The notes below the pieces were generated by a model. It worked only from the letters and a program-made list of their open reading frames with translations, had not been told where the DNA came from and did no database searches. From contig CALSUG010000005.1 in NCBI GenBank assembly GCA_943789475.1, positions 90,694 through 154,693 of the forward strand: a DNA stretch of 64,000 nt, read 5' to 3'. This DNA is from an uncultured Alphaproteobacteria bacterium. Its GTDB lineage: Bacteria; Pseudomonadota; Alphaproteobacteria; Micavibrionales; UBA1664. Shown in pieces: positions 1 through 10,178 of the stretch (position 1 is the first letter of the stretch; each line of letters opens with the position of its first letter). A program made the position numbers and the translations under genes.

Positions 1-2280
1 GATTTGCATGGTGTTGTTTTTATCAACATCGGTGATGATGAATATTTTGGATTGTTTTTCGTATTCAAATGGCGATGGTAAATCGATTTTTGTAGGGGCG
101 AGGGATGTGATGTGTGATGCACCTAAGGCTTGTTCAGCCTCGACCCATGTCTGTTCCGTGTCACCCTTTTGTGCGCGGATGGTGGCCGATGTCATGACAA
201 TACCGTGTGTTGTATGGCGGATGGAATTGCCAAATGGTTCCATCGGGTTTTTGTAACGGCGGAACATACCAACATCATAATTTTTACCCTCTATGCGCGT
301 AATTTCGAACCAATCAACATGGTCGTCACGTTTTATAGACACATCAATAACACCGTCTAACATTGATATCCATGCGGCCAACATTAACGTCGACCTGCGC
401 TCAATCGAGGCGGATAAATTATCCAATCGCGCCATTGTGTCTTTGTCCAGTGTATCGGCTTTATCTTCTAATATAGCTTTTAAATTTTCGGATAAATCTT
501 GTAATGGTGTGCGAAGTTTATTAAGCGCGGCACGAGTTTTTGTCGCCAATTCAACAATATCATCGGTGATGGGTGTCGTGCCACATTCGATAGAATAGGG
601 GGTGTTTTGCCCATTCGTTCGTGTTTGTGTGTGGGCGGATAAGGCGGATAATAATTTTTCAAGTTGGCCAAACGGATCGGCGATAAAAACACGCTTGCGC
701 CATCCTGGACCAGGTAAGGCTTCTTTTGCCGCAACAAGGATTTTCCCAATGTCATTGAATGCGGGGGAATCTTCATCGACTAATCCTTCTAACCTTTTTC
801 GTATTCCACGACCACGCGATATGCCTTGCCCTTTGCGACGCTCATCTTCGGGACCAACGAGCCATCTTCGTAAATCGGCGGTTTCTAAACCCGTTAAATT
901 TGCGCCATAGGCACTGTCGGCCGCGTGAAATAAATGATGCGCCTCGTCGAAAATTATAAATGGTGTGACCGCGTCCGAACTTTCCGTTGCTGCGCGGATC
1001 ATAGTCAGAGCATGATTGTTAATCACAATTTCGGCGCGTTTGGCCTTGCGGTTCATGCCCTCGATAAAGCATTTGTGGTAATGGTCGCACGCGGCATAAA
1101 TACATTCACCACGACGGTCGGCCAACCCCAATGTATTGGGTAGCCCTAATATACCCGATAACCATCCGGGAAAGCTGTTCCCGCTTAAATCTCCATCATT
1201 GCTATGCATTGCCCATCGTGCCATGAGGCCGGCGGCGATTAAATTACGCGAGCTTTGCGCCAATGCCGATGATGCAATCATGTCTTGAAGGTTGAGAAGG
1301 CATAGGTAATTTTCACGACCTTTTTGAATGACGGTTTTACGTTTTCGATCTTCATTATCGGGATAAAGCGTGTCTAAATCTTGTTCAATTTGTCGTTGTA
1401 GGTTTTTTGTATAGGTGGAAACGGTAATACGGCCTTCATTTTTTTGCGCCCATAATTGCGCAGGGGCAAGGTATCCATATGTTTTACCAATGCCTGTACC
1501 TGCCTGTGCGATCAATAGGTGAGGGGAATCGTCTTGTGATTTTGGTGCCAAATGATCGGTTATGCGTGTTGAGTAATTGGCTTGTTGTGCACGAATTTCG
1601 GTTTTGCGACCGGCAAATTCACGACGTTGTAAAATGGTTTTTAAATGATCACGTGTTTCATCACCACTGATCAAATCAAATTTACTAGGAGGCAGGGGGG
1701 CGTCTTCCGCCCATTCCGGTAATTCCTCAAAAATGTTCATGTCGCGTTGTGGATTTGTGGGGAGGCGTGGGTCATACCTAACGCTTAATGCCTCTAAAAC
1801 ATAAGGTGTCCATGCCCATCCCTCGCCACCTCGTCCCATGGATTGGGCAATGGTTATGCATTGTGCTTTGTCCTTGTCAGGCAAATTTTGTAGGGATGAT
1901 AATATGGATTGCGCGAGTTCGATAAGCAAGAACGGTGCGTCTTCGTAATCATCAGGTATGGGGTGTGATAAAAATTGTGCAATACCGTGCAGGGTGGGGG
2001 TAACAAATTGCGCGGGGTATGCAAATGCAAATAATTCCAAAACATCAAATGCGGGGTAGGTGCCAAGATTTAATTTTGAACTCATCCATGGGGCATGACA
2101 TACCAATGATGGTGCGGTTTTGATAAGAGGGGCAATGTCGAAACGATCGCCAATGGGATGGGCGATAATCTCACCTTCCGCGCTCATCACGCACACATGC
2201 GCATCCATCATGGTGATGACATTCACGATGGGGAATGCTAATGGCGGTGCGCTTTGTTGGGATGGTTCGTTCATTATCAT
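1..2280 (-). CDS. DinG/Rad3-family ATP-dependent DNA helicase (first 760 codons; C-terminus lies beyond the left window edge)
   Basis: Missing from the ORF track only because no stop falls inside the window. Hand translation from the ATG at 2280 (MIMNEPSQQ...) stays open to base 1; every in-frame triplet in 1-840 was checked for tta/cta/tca. Walker A AQAGTGIGKTYGYLAP and DEAH box IIFDEAHHLF are present. Confidence 0.75.
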   Translation of the reverse strand, partial: MIMNEPSQQSAPPLAFPIVNVITMMDAHVCVMSAEGEIIAHPIGDRFDIAPLIKTAPSLVCHAPWMSSKLNLGTYPAFDVLELFAFAYPAQFVTPTLHGIAQFLSHPIPDDYEDAPFLLIELAQSILSSLQNLPDKDKAQCITIAQSMGRGGEGWAWTPYVLEALSVRYDPRLPTNPQRDMNIFEELPEWAEDAPLPPSKFDLISGDETRDHLKTILQRREFAGRKTEIRAQQANYSTRITDHLAPKSQDDSPHLLIAQAGTGIGKTYGYLAPAQLWAQKNEGRITVSTYTKNLQRQIEQDLDTLYPDNEDRKRKTVIQKGRENYLCLLNLQDMIASSALAQSSRNLIAAGLMARWAMHSNDGDLSGNSFPGWLSGILGLPNTLGLADRRGECIYAACDHYHKCFIEGMNRKAKRAEIVINNHALTMIRAATESSDAVTPFIIFDEAHHLFHAADSAYGANLTGLETADLRRWLVGPEDERRKGQGISRGRGIRKRLEGLVDEDSPAFNDIGKILVAAKEALPGPGWRKRVFIADPFGQLEKLLSALSAHTQTRTNGQNTPYSIECGTTPITDDIVELATKTRAALNKLRTPLQDLSENLKAILEDKADTLDKDTMARLDNLSASIERRSTLMLAAWISMLDGVIDVSIKRDDHVDWFEITRIEGKNYDVGMFRRYKNPMEPFGNSIRHTTHGIVMTSATIRAQKGDTEQTWVEAEQALGASHITSLAPTKIDLPSPFEYEKQSKIFIITDVDKNNTMQI

Positions 2281-2359
2281 CAATCAATAGCATGATTCGA
2301 GTTGCATAAAGGTGAGAATTAACTCTTTCCCCACAAGATGATTCTGATAATATTTAGCC

Positions 2360-3019
2360 ATGTGGTTGTTTTTATGGCTTGTTTTTGTTTTGGCGATGGC
2401 TGGATTTTTTGTCTGGTCCTATCATGCGACATATGAACAAAAACGTGCGTGGAAAACATACGCCGCCAAATTTAATCTAAATTATGTGCCAAATAAATTG
2501 ATGCAACCGCCGACAATGTCGGGTGATATCAAAGGGCGATTGGTTAATTTTTATCCGCAAATTGTTGAAAATGCGCAGGGGCAAAGATCAACCCAAACGG
2601 TGGTTGAGGTTTTTCTCAATAATGTTCCAGATACGTTATGTGTTGTGGCATCACATGGATTTGGTGATTTTGTGCAAGTATTGGATTTGCCAGAACCATT
2701 TGATGTTAATCATCCCAAATGGCCTAAAAATGCATTGGCACGCACATTTGATAATGAAAATCCTGTCGCGTGGTTTTTGAATAATGAAGATCGTGTGAAC
2801 GCGATATCGGATCTTTCAAAATTGCCGTTTGCAGTTGCGTTTTTATGTGATGGTGATCAGGCGTTTTTGGCCATACGCACGCCCAATACATTGGGTAATC
2901 CAAAACGCATTAATCAGGTTGTTGGAAAATTATTTGATATCGCGACCAAATTGGAAAGTGCAGATGTAGTGGTTGAAACACCACAAGAAGAACAAGAAAA
3001 GACAGACACAGATGAATAA
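2360..3019 (+). CDS. hypothetical membrane-anchored protein
   Basis: 219-aa ORF with an N-terminal hydrophobic helix (MWLFLWLVFVLAMAGFFVW). Its stop overlaps the dgt start (gATGAATAA). No recognisable motif. Confidence 0.5.
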   Translation: MWLFLWLVFVLAMAGFFVWSYHATYEQKRAWKTYAAKFNLNYVPNKLMQPPTMSGDIKGRLVNFYPQIVENAQGQRSTQTVVEVFLNNVPDTLCVVASHGFGDFVQVLDLPEPFDVNHPKWPKNALARTFDNENPVAWFLNNEDRVNAISDLSKLPFAVAFLCDGDQAFLAIRTPNTLGNPKRINQVVGKLFDIATKLESADVVVETPQEEQEKTDTDE

Positions 3020-4205
3020 TCAAGATCCATCCTATAATTGTTGTGCCGTGCCATTGGCATCATATGCATGTCGTCCAGATCAATCGATTGGTCGTGTTTT
3101 TGAAGAGAATGAAAGTGAGCATCGTACATGTTTTCAACGTGATCGTGATCGTATTATTCATGCATCGGCCTTTCGTCGGTTAAAATATAAAACACAAGTT
3201 TTTGTGTATTCACACGGTGATAATTACCGCACACGACTGACCCATACATTGGAGGTGTCACAGGTGGCACGTACATTGGCACGAGCATTATTTGTGAATG
3301 AGGATTTGGCAGAGGTCGTTGCACTGGCTCATGATTTAGGCCATGCACCATTTGCCCATACGGGTGAGGATGCCTTGGTTGAATGCATGGCAAAACACGG
3401 TGATTTTGAACATAATGATCAATCGTTGCGTGTTGTAACGGCGTTAGAAGAAAAATATCCTCAATTTGATGGGCTTAACCTAACATGGGAAACCTTGGAA
3501 GGGATCGTAAAACATAATGGTCCTGTTAAGGGTAAATTGCCGTATATGTTGAAAAAGGTGCAAAAGGAAACTGATCTTCGCCTTAAAACATACGCGACGT
3601 TAGAGGCACAAATTGCCGCCATTTCCGATGATATTGCCTATAACAATCACGATGTTGAAGATGGCCTGCGTGCGGGATTGTTCAAGTTGGAGGATTTGGT
3701 TGTTGAAGTGCCATTGATGCACGAAATTATCGCGGATACGATGAGTAAGTGGCCTGACATAAATGATACAAAACTTCACGCCGAAATCGTACGGGAAATG
3801 ATTGGTGTCATGGTGGATGATGTTTTGGTAGAAACACGGAAACGTTTAAAGGTGAATAAAATTGAAACGGTCGAAGATATCCGTGGTGCAAAACAACAAA
3901 TGGTGGCGTTTTCACCCGATATGTTTGAAAAGGTACAAGCGCTTCGAAAATTCTTATTCGAACATATGTACAAACATTATACGGTGAACCGTATGCGATA
4001 TAAGGCAGAAAAAATCGTATGTGATTTGTTTGATGTGTTTATGAAACGCCCTGAATGTTTGCCCGATGAATGGCAAGATAAGATTGAGGGTGTGAAACGT
4101 GAAAAGAATGGTCACGCGCGTGTTGTGTGTGATTATATCGCGGGCATGACCGATCGTTATGCGGTTATCGAACATAATCGTTTATTTGATTTAAAAGAGG
4201 AATAG
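3012..4205 (+). CDS. dgt: dGTP triphosphohydrolase-like HD-domain protein
   Basis: Shows RTRLTHTLEVSQVAR, ALAHDLGHAPFAH and DDIAYNNHDVEDG, the dGTPase-family HD signature. I prefer the ATG at 3012 (MNNQDPS) over the track start at 2973 because it removes a 47-nt overlap. Confidence 0.8.
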   Translation: MNNQDPSYNCCAVPLASYACRPDQSIGRVFEENESEHRTCFQRDRDRIIHASAFRRLKYKTQVFVYSHGDNYRTRLTHTLEVSQVARTLARALFVNEDLAEVVALAHDLGHAPFAHTGEDALVECMAKHGDFEHNDQSLRVVTALEEKYPQFDGLNLTWETLEGIVKHNGPVKGKLPYMLKKVQKETDLRLKTYATLEAQIAAISDDIAYNNHDVEDGLRAGLFKLEDLVVEVPLMHEIIADTMSKWPDINDTKLHAEIVREMIGVMVDDVLVETRKRLKVNKIETVEDIRGAKQQMVAFSPDMFEKVQALRKFLFEHMYKHYTVNRMRYKAEKIVCDLFDVFMKRPECLPDEWQDKIEGVKREKNGHARVVCDYIAGMTDRYAVIEHNRLFDLKEE

Positions 4206-4606
4206 AGTGTTGACATATTTTTATTCCATTGTATGGTTACTAACATGAAATTGGAAGCTAGTGAAATATCCGCTGTTTTGGCGACACAAGTAAGTGAAAC
4301 AGGAGAACCTGATATTGGAGAGGGTGTTTCTAAAATTTTTCAAACTTCTGGAATTTCGTGTCACTACCTGACGCAGGCGATGAAATTTCTGCAATTACAG
4401 ATTTTGATTCTCCGGTAGTTATATCAGATGAGCTTACAGAAAGATTTAAATTTTGGGAATTTTGTTCTCAATCCTCTGTTTCTATTTCTGAATTGTTAGA
4501 AAAGGGAACTAAAACAGGTCGTCTTACTATAGGTTCTCCCAAATAATCTTTATATAATCGAAAAAAATTCCTGTAACTCTTTATCACTCTCGTTTAAAAG
4601 AGAGGG

Positions 4607-6367
4607 ATGAATATATTTAATGAATTTGAAAAAGACATAAAGGCGATGATCGCCGAATTGGCAAACGACGGCACATTACCAAACGCAATGGATGTGTCGA
4701 AATTAACGGTGGAAAGCCCACGCGATCCATCACATGGTGATTTGGCAACAAATGCCGCGATGGTGTTGTCGAAACAAGCGGGAATGAACCCACGCCAATT
4801 GGCCGAAATATTGGCACCAACGATTGAATCTATTCATGGTGTTGAAAATGCAGAAATAGCAGGGCCTGGTTTTATCAATATTCGTTTAAATGGAATATGT
4901 TATTTAAATTTGTTAAAGCAAATTCTTGCGGATGATATTTCGTTTGGGGCGTCCAATATTGGTGCAAAAACCCCTGTGAATGTTGAATATGTATCGGCCA
5001 ATCCAACAGGGCCGTTAACTGTTGGTCATGCGCGTGGCGCGATCGTGGGGGATAGTCTTGCCAATCTGTTGCTAAAGGCTGGGTTTGCAGTTCGTAAAGA
5101 ATATTACACCAATGATGCGGGTAATCAGGTGAATGTATTGGGTGAAAGCGCATATTTGCGCTATCGCGAAGCATTAGGGGAAGAGATCACGATTCCTGAG
5201 GGATGTTATCCAGGTGAATATTTAAAAGACGTCGGGCAGGCGATCGCAAAACAAGAAGGTGATAAATGGCTAAGTGAGGATGAATATTTGCCGTTTTTCC
5301 GTGATTTTGCTGTCAATTATTTGATGGATGAAATTCGTGCGGATCTGGCCAAGGTTGGTATTAAGCATGATTTATTTTATTCGGAAAAATCAGCCGTTGA
5401 AAATGGTTCAGTTGATCGTGCGATGGAGTATTTAATGTCCAAGGGATTGATTTACCAAGGTGTTCTTGAACCCCCAAAGGGGAAAAAACCTGAAGATTGG
5501 GAACCACGCGAACAAACATTGTTTAAATCAACCGATTTTGGTGATGATGTTGATCGTCCAATTCAAAAATCAGACGGAAGCTATACTTACTTTGCCAATG
5601 ATATCGCGCATTTCTATGATGTACATACGCAAGGGTATGACGATTTAGTTGTTGTTGTTGGTGCCGACCATGGTGGATATGTTCGCCGTGCGGAAAGTGC
5701 GTTTAAGGCGATGACCGATGGCAAGGGAACGTTGTCGATGCCGTTATGTGCGATGGTGAATGTGTTGAATAATGGTGTGCCCGTTAAAATGTCAAAACGT
5801 GCGGGGACGTTTATTACCCTTCGTGATGTTTTGGATGCTGTTGGTGGTGGTGTGATGCGTTTCATTATGTTGACCCGCCAATCAAACCAAACGTTAGAAT
5901 TTGATTATTCACGTGCATTGGATCAATCAAAGGATAATCCATATTTTTACGTTCAATATGCCCATGCGCGTGCGTGTTCGGTTTTGAATCATGGGGCGGA
6001 TATGTTTGATGATATGGATGTGTCAAAGGCGGATTTGGAAAAATTAAATCGTCCTGAAACTCTATCTGTGATTAAGGCATTATCCGCATGGCCACGATTG
6101 GTTGAACAGGCAGCAACCGCGCGGGAACCACACCGCGTTGCATTTTATTTGCAAGATTTGGCATCGGCATTCCACGGATGGTGGAATATGGGACGTGATG
6201 ATGCGACGCTCCGTTTTTTGATCAAGGATGATCGCGAATTATCAATGGCGCATTTGGCATTGGTCAGTGCGGTTAAAACGGTGATTGCATCGGCATTGGA
6301 CGTGATTGGTGTTGAACCGTTGGATGAATTGCGCGGTGAATTGAAGGATAGTGAGGAGGCGGCGTAA
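4607..6367 (+). CDS. argS: arginine--tRNA ligase
   Basis: 586 aa. Class I HIGH-type motif ANPTGPLTVGHARG, KMSKR loop (VKMSKRAGTF) and a typical ArgS C-terminal anticodon-binding region. Confidence 0.95.
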   Translation: MNIFNEFEKDIKAMIAELANDGTLPNAMDVSKLTVESPRDPSHGDLATNAAMVLSKQAGMNPRQLAEILAPTIESIHGVENAEIAGPGFINIRLNGICYLNLLKQILADDISFGASNIGAKTPVNVEYVSANPTGPLTVGHARGAIVGDSLANLLLKAGFAVRKEYYTNDAGNQVNVLGESAYLRYREALGEEITIPEGCYPGEYLKDVGQAIAKQEGDKWLSEDEYLPFFRDFAVNYLMDEIRADLAKVGIKHDLFYSEKSAVENGSVDRAMEYLMSKGLIYQGVLEPPKGKKPEDWEPREQTLFKSTDFGDDVDRPIQKSDGSYTYFANDIAHFYDVHTQGYDDLVVVVGADHGGYVRRAESAFKAMTDGKGTLSMPLCAMVNVLNNGVPVKMSKRAGTFITLRDVLDAVGGGVMRFIMLTRQSNQTLEFDYSRALDQSKDNPYFYVQYAHARACSVLNHGADMFDDMDVSKADLEKLNRPETLSVIKALSAWPRLVEQAATAREPHRVAFYLQDLASAFHGWWNMGRDDATLRFLIKDDRELSMAHLALVSAVKTVIASALDVIGVEPLDELRGELKDSEEAA

Positions 6368-7275
6368 TGGCACTTCCCATTCGCCTTCGTACTTTGACCG
6401 CTGCGGTCGTCGTTATCGCCAGTGGTTTAGCGATTTTTTATTCGTATCAATCGATTATTAATTCGACGGATGATGGGTTGCAGGCATTGCCGATTATTCG
6501 TGCTGATAAAGAGCCATTTCGCGTTGTGCCCGATGAACCAGGCGGTGCGAAAATCCCAAATCAGGGAAGTAAGTTATTTGAGGTTTTAGATGCTAATCAC
6601 CCGGATGATTTAGCATTGGACGGTGTGAAGATTGAAACACAAGAGAGTGAGCCCGTAACCATCTTGGGTGATGTGGTGGACGCGGATGAAATGACAGGTT
6701 TTGAAATACCTGTTGTGCCTGAAAAACGCACCGAAAGCCTGTATGGCATGATTGATGACCTAAAAGACACCACAGAGGTTGTTGTTGAGGAAGTTACACC
6801 ATCGGTGGAAGATGTCACCGAAGTTGTTGAAATAAAACAGTCTGAGAAAACAAAACCGAGTACAATCAAAGTTGTAGAAGAGCTAAAGGTCGATGATCTG
6901 GCGGTTGATATCATTAAACCATTGCGCAAACCAAAGGTGCCGAGGAAGGTGCAAATTGTAAAAAAAGATGACAAGACAAAATCGTTTTCCCTTGATCGGA
7001 TTTTGAAAGAAGAGCCCGTTAAGAAGCGTCACTATATTCAATTGGCGAGTTTGAAGGGCAAGGATGAGGCGCAAAAATTCTATAACCGTATTCGCGAACA
7101 ATTTCCAAAATTGGTATCGGGCATAAATGTATTTTACCCGCAGGCGGATTTGGGCGCTCGTGGAACATTTACACGGGTGCAAATTGGTCCATTGGATCAG
7201 ACGGACGCAAAATCACGATGTGCGGATTATTCTTCATCGGCAAGAGGAGGGACATGCCTTGTCATCTCGCGTTAA
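6367..7275 (+). CDS. SPOR-domain cell-division/peptidoglycan-binding protein
   Basis: N-terminal TM helix, acidic low-complexity linker and a C-terminal SPOR-like block (HYIQLASLKGKDEAQKFYNRIREQFPKL...TRVQIGPLDQTDAKSRC). The start overlaps the argS stop (TAATG). Confidence 0.75.
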   Translation: MALPIRLRTLTAAVVVIASGLAIFYSYQSIINSTDDGLQALPIIRADKEPFRVVPDEPGGAKIPNQGSKLFEVLDANHPDDLALDGVKIETQESEPVTILGDVVDADEMTGFEIPVVPEKRTESLYGMIDDLKDTTEVVVEEVTPSVEDVTEVVEIKQSEKTKPSTIKVVEELKVDDLAVDIIKPLRKPKVPRKVQIVKKDDKTKSFSLDRILKEEPVKKRHYIQLASLKGKDEAQKFYNRIREQFPKLVSGINVFYPQADLGARGTFTRVQIGPLDQTDAKSRCADYSSSARGGTCLVISR

Positions 7276-8143
7276 TAATAAAAAACCAGTTATTCTTACA
7301 CCGCTTGGTCCTGTGTTAAGTGATGAAGAAAAAGAATTATTTTTAAAACATAAGCCATACGGTTTTATTTTATTCAAAAACCATTGTGAAAATCCAAATC
7401 AGGTTAAAAAATTATGCGCAGACCTTCGTGCATGTGCTGGTGATGATTGTGTGATTTCAATTGATCAAGAGGGTGGGCGTGTGGCGCGTATGCGTGCACC
7501 CCATTGGCCTGAATTTCCTGCCGCGGCCAATATGGATGATGTGTACCAAACATATGTTGATCTGGGTGACATGTTGAAGGCGGAAGGTGTAAATGTTGAT
7601 TTTGCACCATGTTTGGATGTTATTGCCGATGGTGACCAATGTGATGCTATAGGCGACAGATGTTTTTCATCCGATTCAAAAGTTGTTGGAGAAAAAGGTA
7701 TTGCATGTTGCGAGGGATTAATGGATGCAGGTGTGATGCCTGTTATAAAACATATGCCTGGTCATGGTCGTGCGGTTGAAGACAGCCATTTTTTTCTTCC
7801 AGTTGTAAAGGCAAGCGCGGATGAATTGCAGCATGATTTAGAACCGTTTAAGGCGATTGTTGCATCAGGTTTGGATGTTGCAGGAATGACATGTCATGTA
7901 ATTTACGAGGCATGGGATGCACAAAATCCTGCGACCTTATCAAAAAAAATTATTCAAAACATTATTCGTGGTGAAATCGGTTTTAAAGGATTGTTATATT
8001 CAGACGATTTGGCGATGAAGGCTTTGGATCGTTATGGTGATGTTGTGGCGCGTGTTCAGCTATGCCTTGATGCGGGATGTGATATTGCATTGCCGTGCCA
8101 CACGACGTTGGATGAAACACGTGCGATTTTAGAGGCGTTGTAA
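7259..8143 (+). CDS. nagZ: beta-N-acetylhexosaminidase (GH3, NagZ)
   Basis: ISIDQEGGRVARM and KHMPGHGRAVEDSH motifs. The track ORF starts at 7127 inside the SPOR gene. I prefer the TTG at 7259, which is preceded by GAGGAGGG 8 nt upstream. Confidence 0.8.
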   Translation: MSSRVNNKKPVILTPLGPVLSDEEKELFLKHKPYGFILFKNHCENPNQVKKLCADLRACAGDDCVISIDQEGGRVARMRAPHWPEFPAAANMDDVYQTYVDLGDMLKAEGVNVDFAPCLDVIADGDQCDAIGDRCFSSDSKVVGEKGIACCEGLMDAGVMPVIKHMPGHGRAVEDSHFFLPVVKASADELQHDLEPFKAIVASGLDVAGMTCHVIYEAWDAQNPATLSKKIIQNIIRGEIGFKGLLYSDDLAMKALDRYGDVVARVQLCLDAGCDIALPCHTTLDETRAILEAL

Positions 8144-8962
8144 GTGGGATTCCAAGAAGACAAGCCACAATCACATATTCCCGAGGCGTTATCGCCCGAT
8201 GCATTGCTTTTGAAATTTGAAAGTTATGAAGGGCCGATTGATTTACTCCTCACCCTTGCGCGTGATCAAAAGGTTGATTTGGCAAAAATATCGATCCTTG
8301 CTTTGGCGGAACAATATTTAGATTTTATTGATAAGGCGAAAGATTTACGCCTTGAAATCGCGGCCGATTATTTGGTTATGGCGGCGTGGTTGGCTTACCT
8401 CAAATCAAAACTCCTTGTTCCGCAAAGCGATGATGACGATGCGGAAGAAGAATTAAGCGGTGAGGCGTTGGCCGAGGCATTGGCATTCCAATTAAAACGG
8501 TTGGAGGCGATGCAAAAGGTCGCGGAACAATTATTTGATTTGCCTCAATTGGGGCGTGACATGTTTGCGCGTGGTGCATCAGATGGGTTGGATGTGACGA
8601 TATCACCTCAGTGGCAGGCCGATTTATATGATGTTTTGTCTGCATATGGTGCAATTGCACGTAGGCAGGAAAGTGCAAATTACAAACCCAAAGAATGGAA
8701 GTTAATGTCCACGGACGAGGCATATGAACGTCTGTGTGATATGTTAGGTAAATTACCGCGCAAGGGACAAGACAGTGTTTGGGCAATGTTGGATAGTTTT
8801 ACACCCGATGATTTAAAAGATGCCTTGCTTACAAAATCAACACGAGCATCAATGTTTACATCTGCGTTGGAAATGGCAAAACAAGGGGACGTGGATATCA
8901 GACAAGATGGCCTGTTCAAACCCGTATATATCAGGCAAAAAGATAGAGATGATAGAGAATAG
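8144..8962 (+). CDS. scpA: segregation and condensation protein A
   Basis: FESYEGPIDLLLTLARDQKVDLAKISILALAEQYL is the kleisin ScpA N-terminal signature. GTG start directly after the nagZ stop. Confidence 0.85.
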   Translation: MGFQEDKPQSHIPEALSPDALLLKFESYEGPIDLLLTLARDQKVDLAKISILALAEQYLDFIDKAKDLRLEIAADYLVMAAWLAYLKSKLLVPQSDDDDAEEELSGEALAEALAFQLKRLEAMQKVAEQLFDLPQLGRDMFARGASDGLDVTISPQWQADLYDVLSAYGAIARRQESANYKPKEWKLMSTDEAYERLCDMLGKLPRKGQDSVWAMLDSFTPDDLKDALLTKSTRASMFTSALEMAKQGDVDIRQDGLFKPVYIRQKDRDDRE

Positions 8963-9563
8963 ACAAGAGAGCTTAAGATTATTAGAGGCGATGATATTCG
9001 CCGCGGATAAACCGTTGCAAGTCGGTGATATGATGCAATGGTTCCCAAATGTTGATGAAGGTGAAATATTTGAACTGCTCAAAACACTTCGTCAAGACTA
9101 TGACGGACGTGGCATCACGTTGGTGGATAACGGTGGGTATTGGTCATTTCGTACGGCCACTGATTTGAGTGAACAATTAAATATGGAAGTTGAGGTGGAT
9201 AGAAAGCTTTCACGTGCAGCAATGGAAACATTGGCCATTATTGCGTATCATCAACCTGTTACTCGTGCTGAAATTGAAAATATTCGTGGTGTTGCAACTG
9301 GGCGTGGAACGTTGGATATTTTAACAGAATCTGGGTGGGTGAAACCGGGGCGCCGTCGCGAAACGCCTGGTCGCCCACTGACGTGGGTTTCAACATCGGG
9401 TTTTCTGTCACATTTTGGCCTTGAATCTATTACAGATTTACCAGGAATTGATGATTTGAAATCGGCGGGGCTTCTTGATCGTCGTCCGGCGGTGCAAACC
9501 GTGCCATTGTCAGGGGAATTATTTGACGAAGGCGGCGAAGACGCGCAAGATAGTGATGAATAA
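8949..9563 (+). CDS. scpB: segregation and condensation protein B
   Basis: LLEAMIFAADKPL, LAIIAYHQPVTRAEIENIRGV and GRPLTW motifs. I chose the ATG at 8949 (MIENRQES), which overlaps the scpA end by 14 nt; the track start at 8820 lies deep inside scpA. Confidence 0.85.
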   Translation: MIENRQESLRLLEAMIFAADKPLQVGDMMQWFPNVDEGEIFELLKTLRQDYDGRGITLVDNGGYWSFRTATDLSEQLNMEVEVDRKLSRAAMETLAIIAYHQPVTRAEIENIRGVATGRGTLDILTESGWVKPGRRRETPGRPLTWVSTSGFLSHFGLESITDLPGIDDLKSAGLLDRRPAVQTVPLSGELFDEGGEDAQDSDE

Positions 9564-9581
9564 AAATAAAGGAAAAATGAG

Positions 9582-9746
9582 ATGAGTCTTGGAATTTGGC
9601 AAATATTATTAATCGTATTGTTGGTGTTGCTTTTGTTTGGCGCCGGTAAGTTGCCGGCCGTGATGGGTGATTTGGCCAAGGGCGTTAAAAATTTCAAAAA
9701 AGGGTTGGATGAAGATGACGCACCAACCGATAAAAAGAAGAAATAA
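9582..9746 (+). CDS. tatA: twin-arginine translocase subunit TatA/E
   Basis: 54-aa ORF below the track cutoff, found by hand: MSLGIWQILLIVLLVLLLFGAGKLPAVMGDLAKGVKNFKKG... The RBS GGAAAAATGAG lies upstream. Confidence 0.85.
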   Translation: MSLGIWQILLIVLLVLLLFGAGKLPAVMGDLAKGVKNFKKGLDEDDAPTDKKKK

Positions 9747-9860
9747 ATCTGAGGGTGTAAATCGTTTCGCTTTTCTTTTTCACAAGGCATGAAGAGCGAA
9801 GCGTATAGTGCATACACGAGTGATGAATAACGCGGTGAAAAAGGAAATGGGAACGGTTTA

Positions 9861-10178
9861 ATGTTTGATCTTGGTTGGGCAGAATTATTAATCGTCGGGG
9901 CGATTGCGTTATTCGTGATCGGGCCAACGGATATTCCAAAAATTGCCTATCAGGCAGGTAAATTTTTTCGTCGTATAAAATATATGAAATATGCGCTCGG
10001 CGGCCAATTCGATGATTTTATGGCCAAGGCCGAAGAAAAAGAAGAAACACCAGAAGAGCCAAAGCAAGAGCTTGACCATGATCCAATGGACGAGGCCGAG
10101 GCGGACGCCGAGCTCATGGAAATGATGCCCTTGCCTGTTGAAGATAAAGATGTTGATGAAGGTGAAAAGAAAAATTAA
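9861..10178 (+). CDS. tatB: twin-arginine translocase subunit TatB
   Basis: [27 protein letters not shown] followed by an acidic tail; positioned between tatA and tatC. Confidence 0.85.
   Translation: MFDLGWAELLIVGAIALFVIGPTDIPKIAYQAGKFFRRIKYMKYALGGQFDDFMAKAEEKEETPEEPKQELDHDPMDEAEADAELMEMMPLPVEDKDVDEGEKKN

Noticed and set aside
2973-3011. Longer N-terminal extensions offered by the ORF track (2973, 7127, 8820, 11843, 19436, 19494, 21041, 33236, 36010, 31267)
   Set aside because: Each extension runs deep into the neighbouring gene or lacks an RBS. Internal starts with an RBS or an ATGA-type junction fit the conserved N-termini better.
8400-9817. Long antisense ORFs (8400..8786, 8680..9048, 8849..9082, 9251..9817)
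   Set aside because: They are shadow frames opposite the well-supported scpA, scpB and tatA genes. Their translations are low-complexity and show no motifs.
9747-9860. Imperfect inverted repeat between tatA and tatB; considered as an attenuator
   Set aside because: The arms pair poorly (multiple mismatches) and there is no U-tract. The evidence is insufficient.
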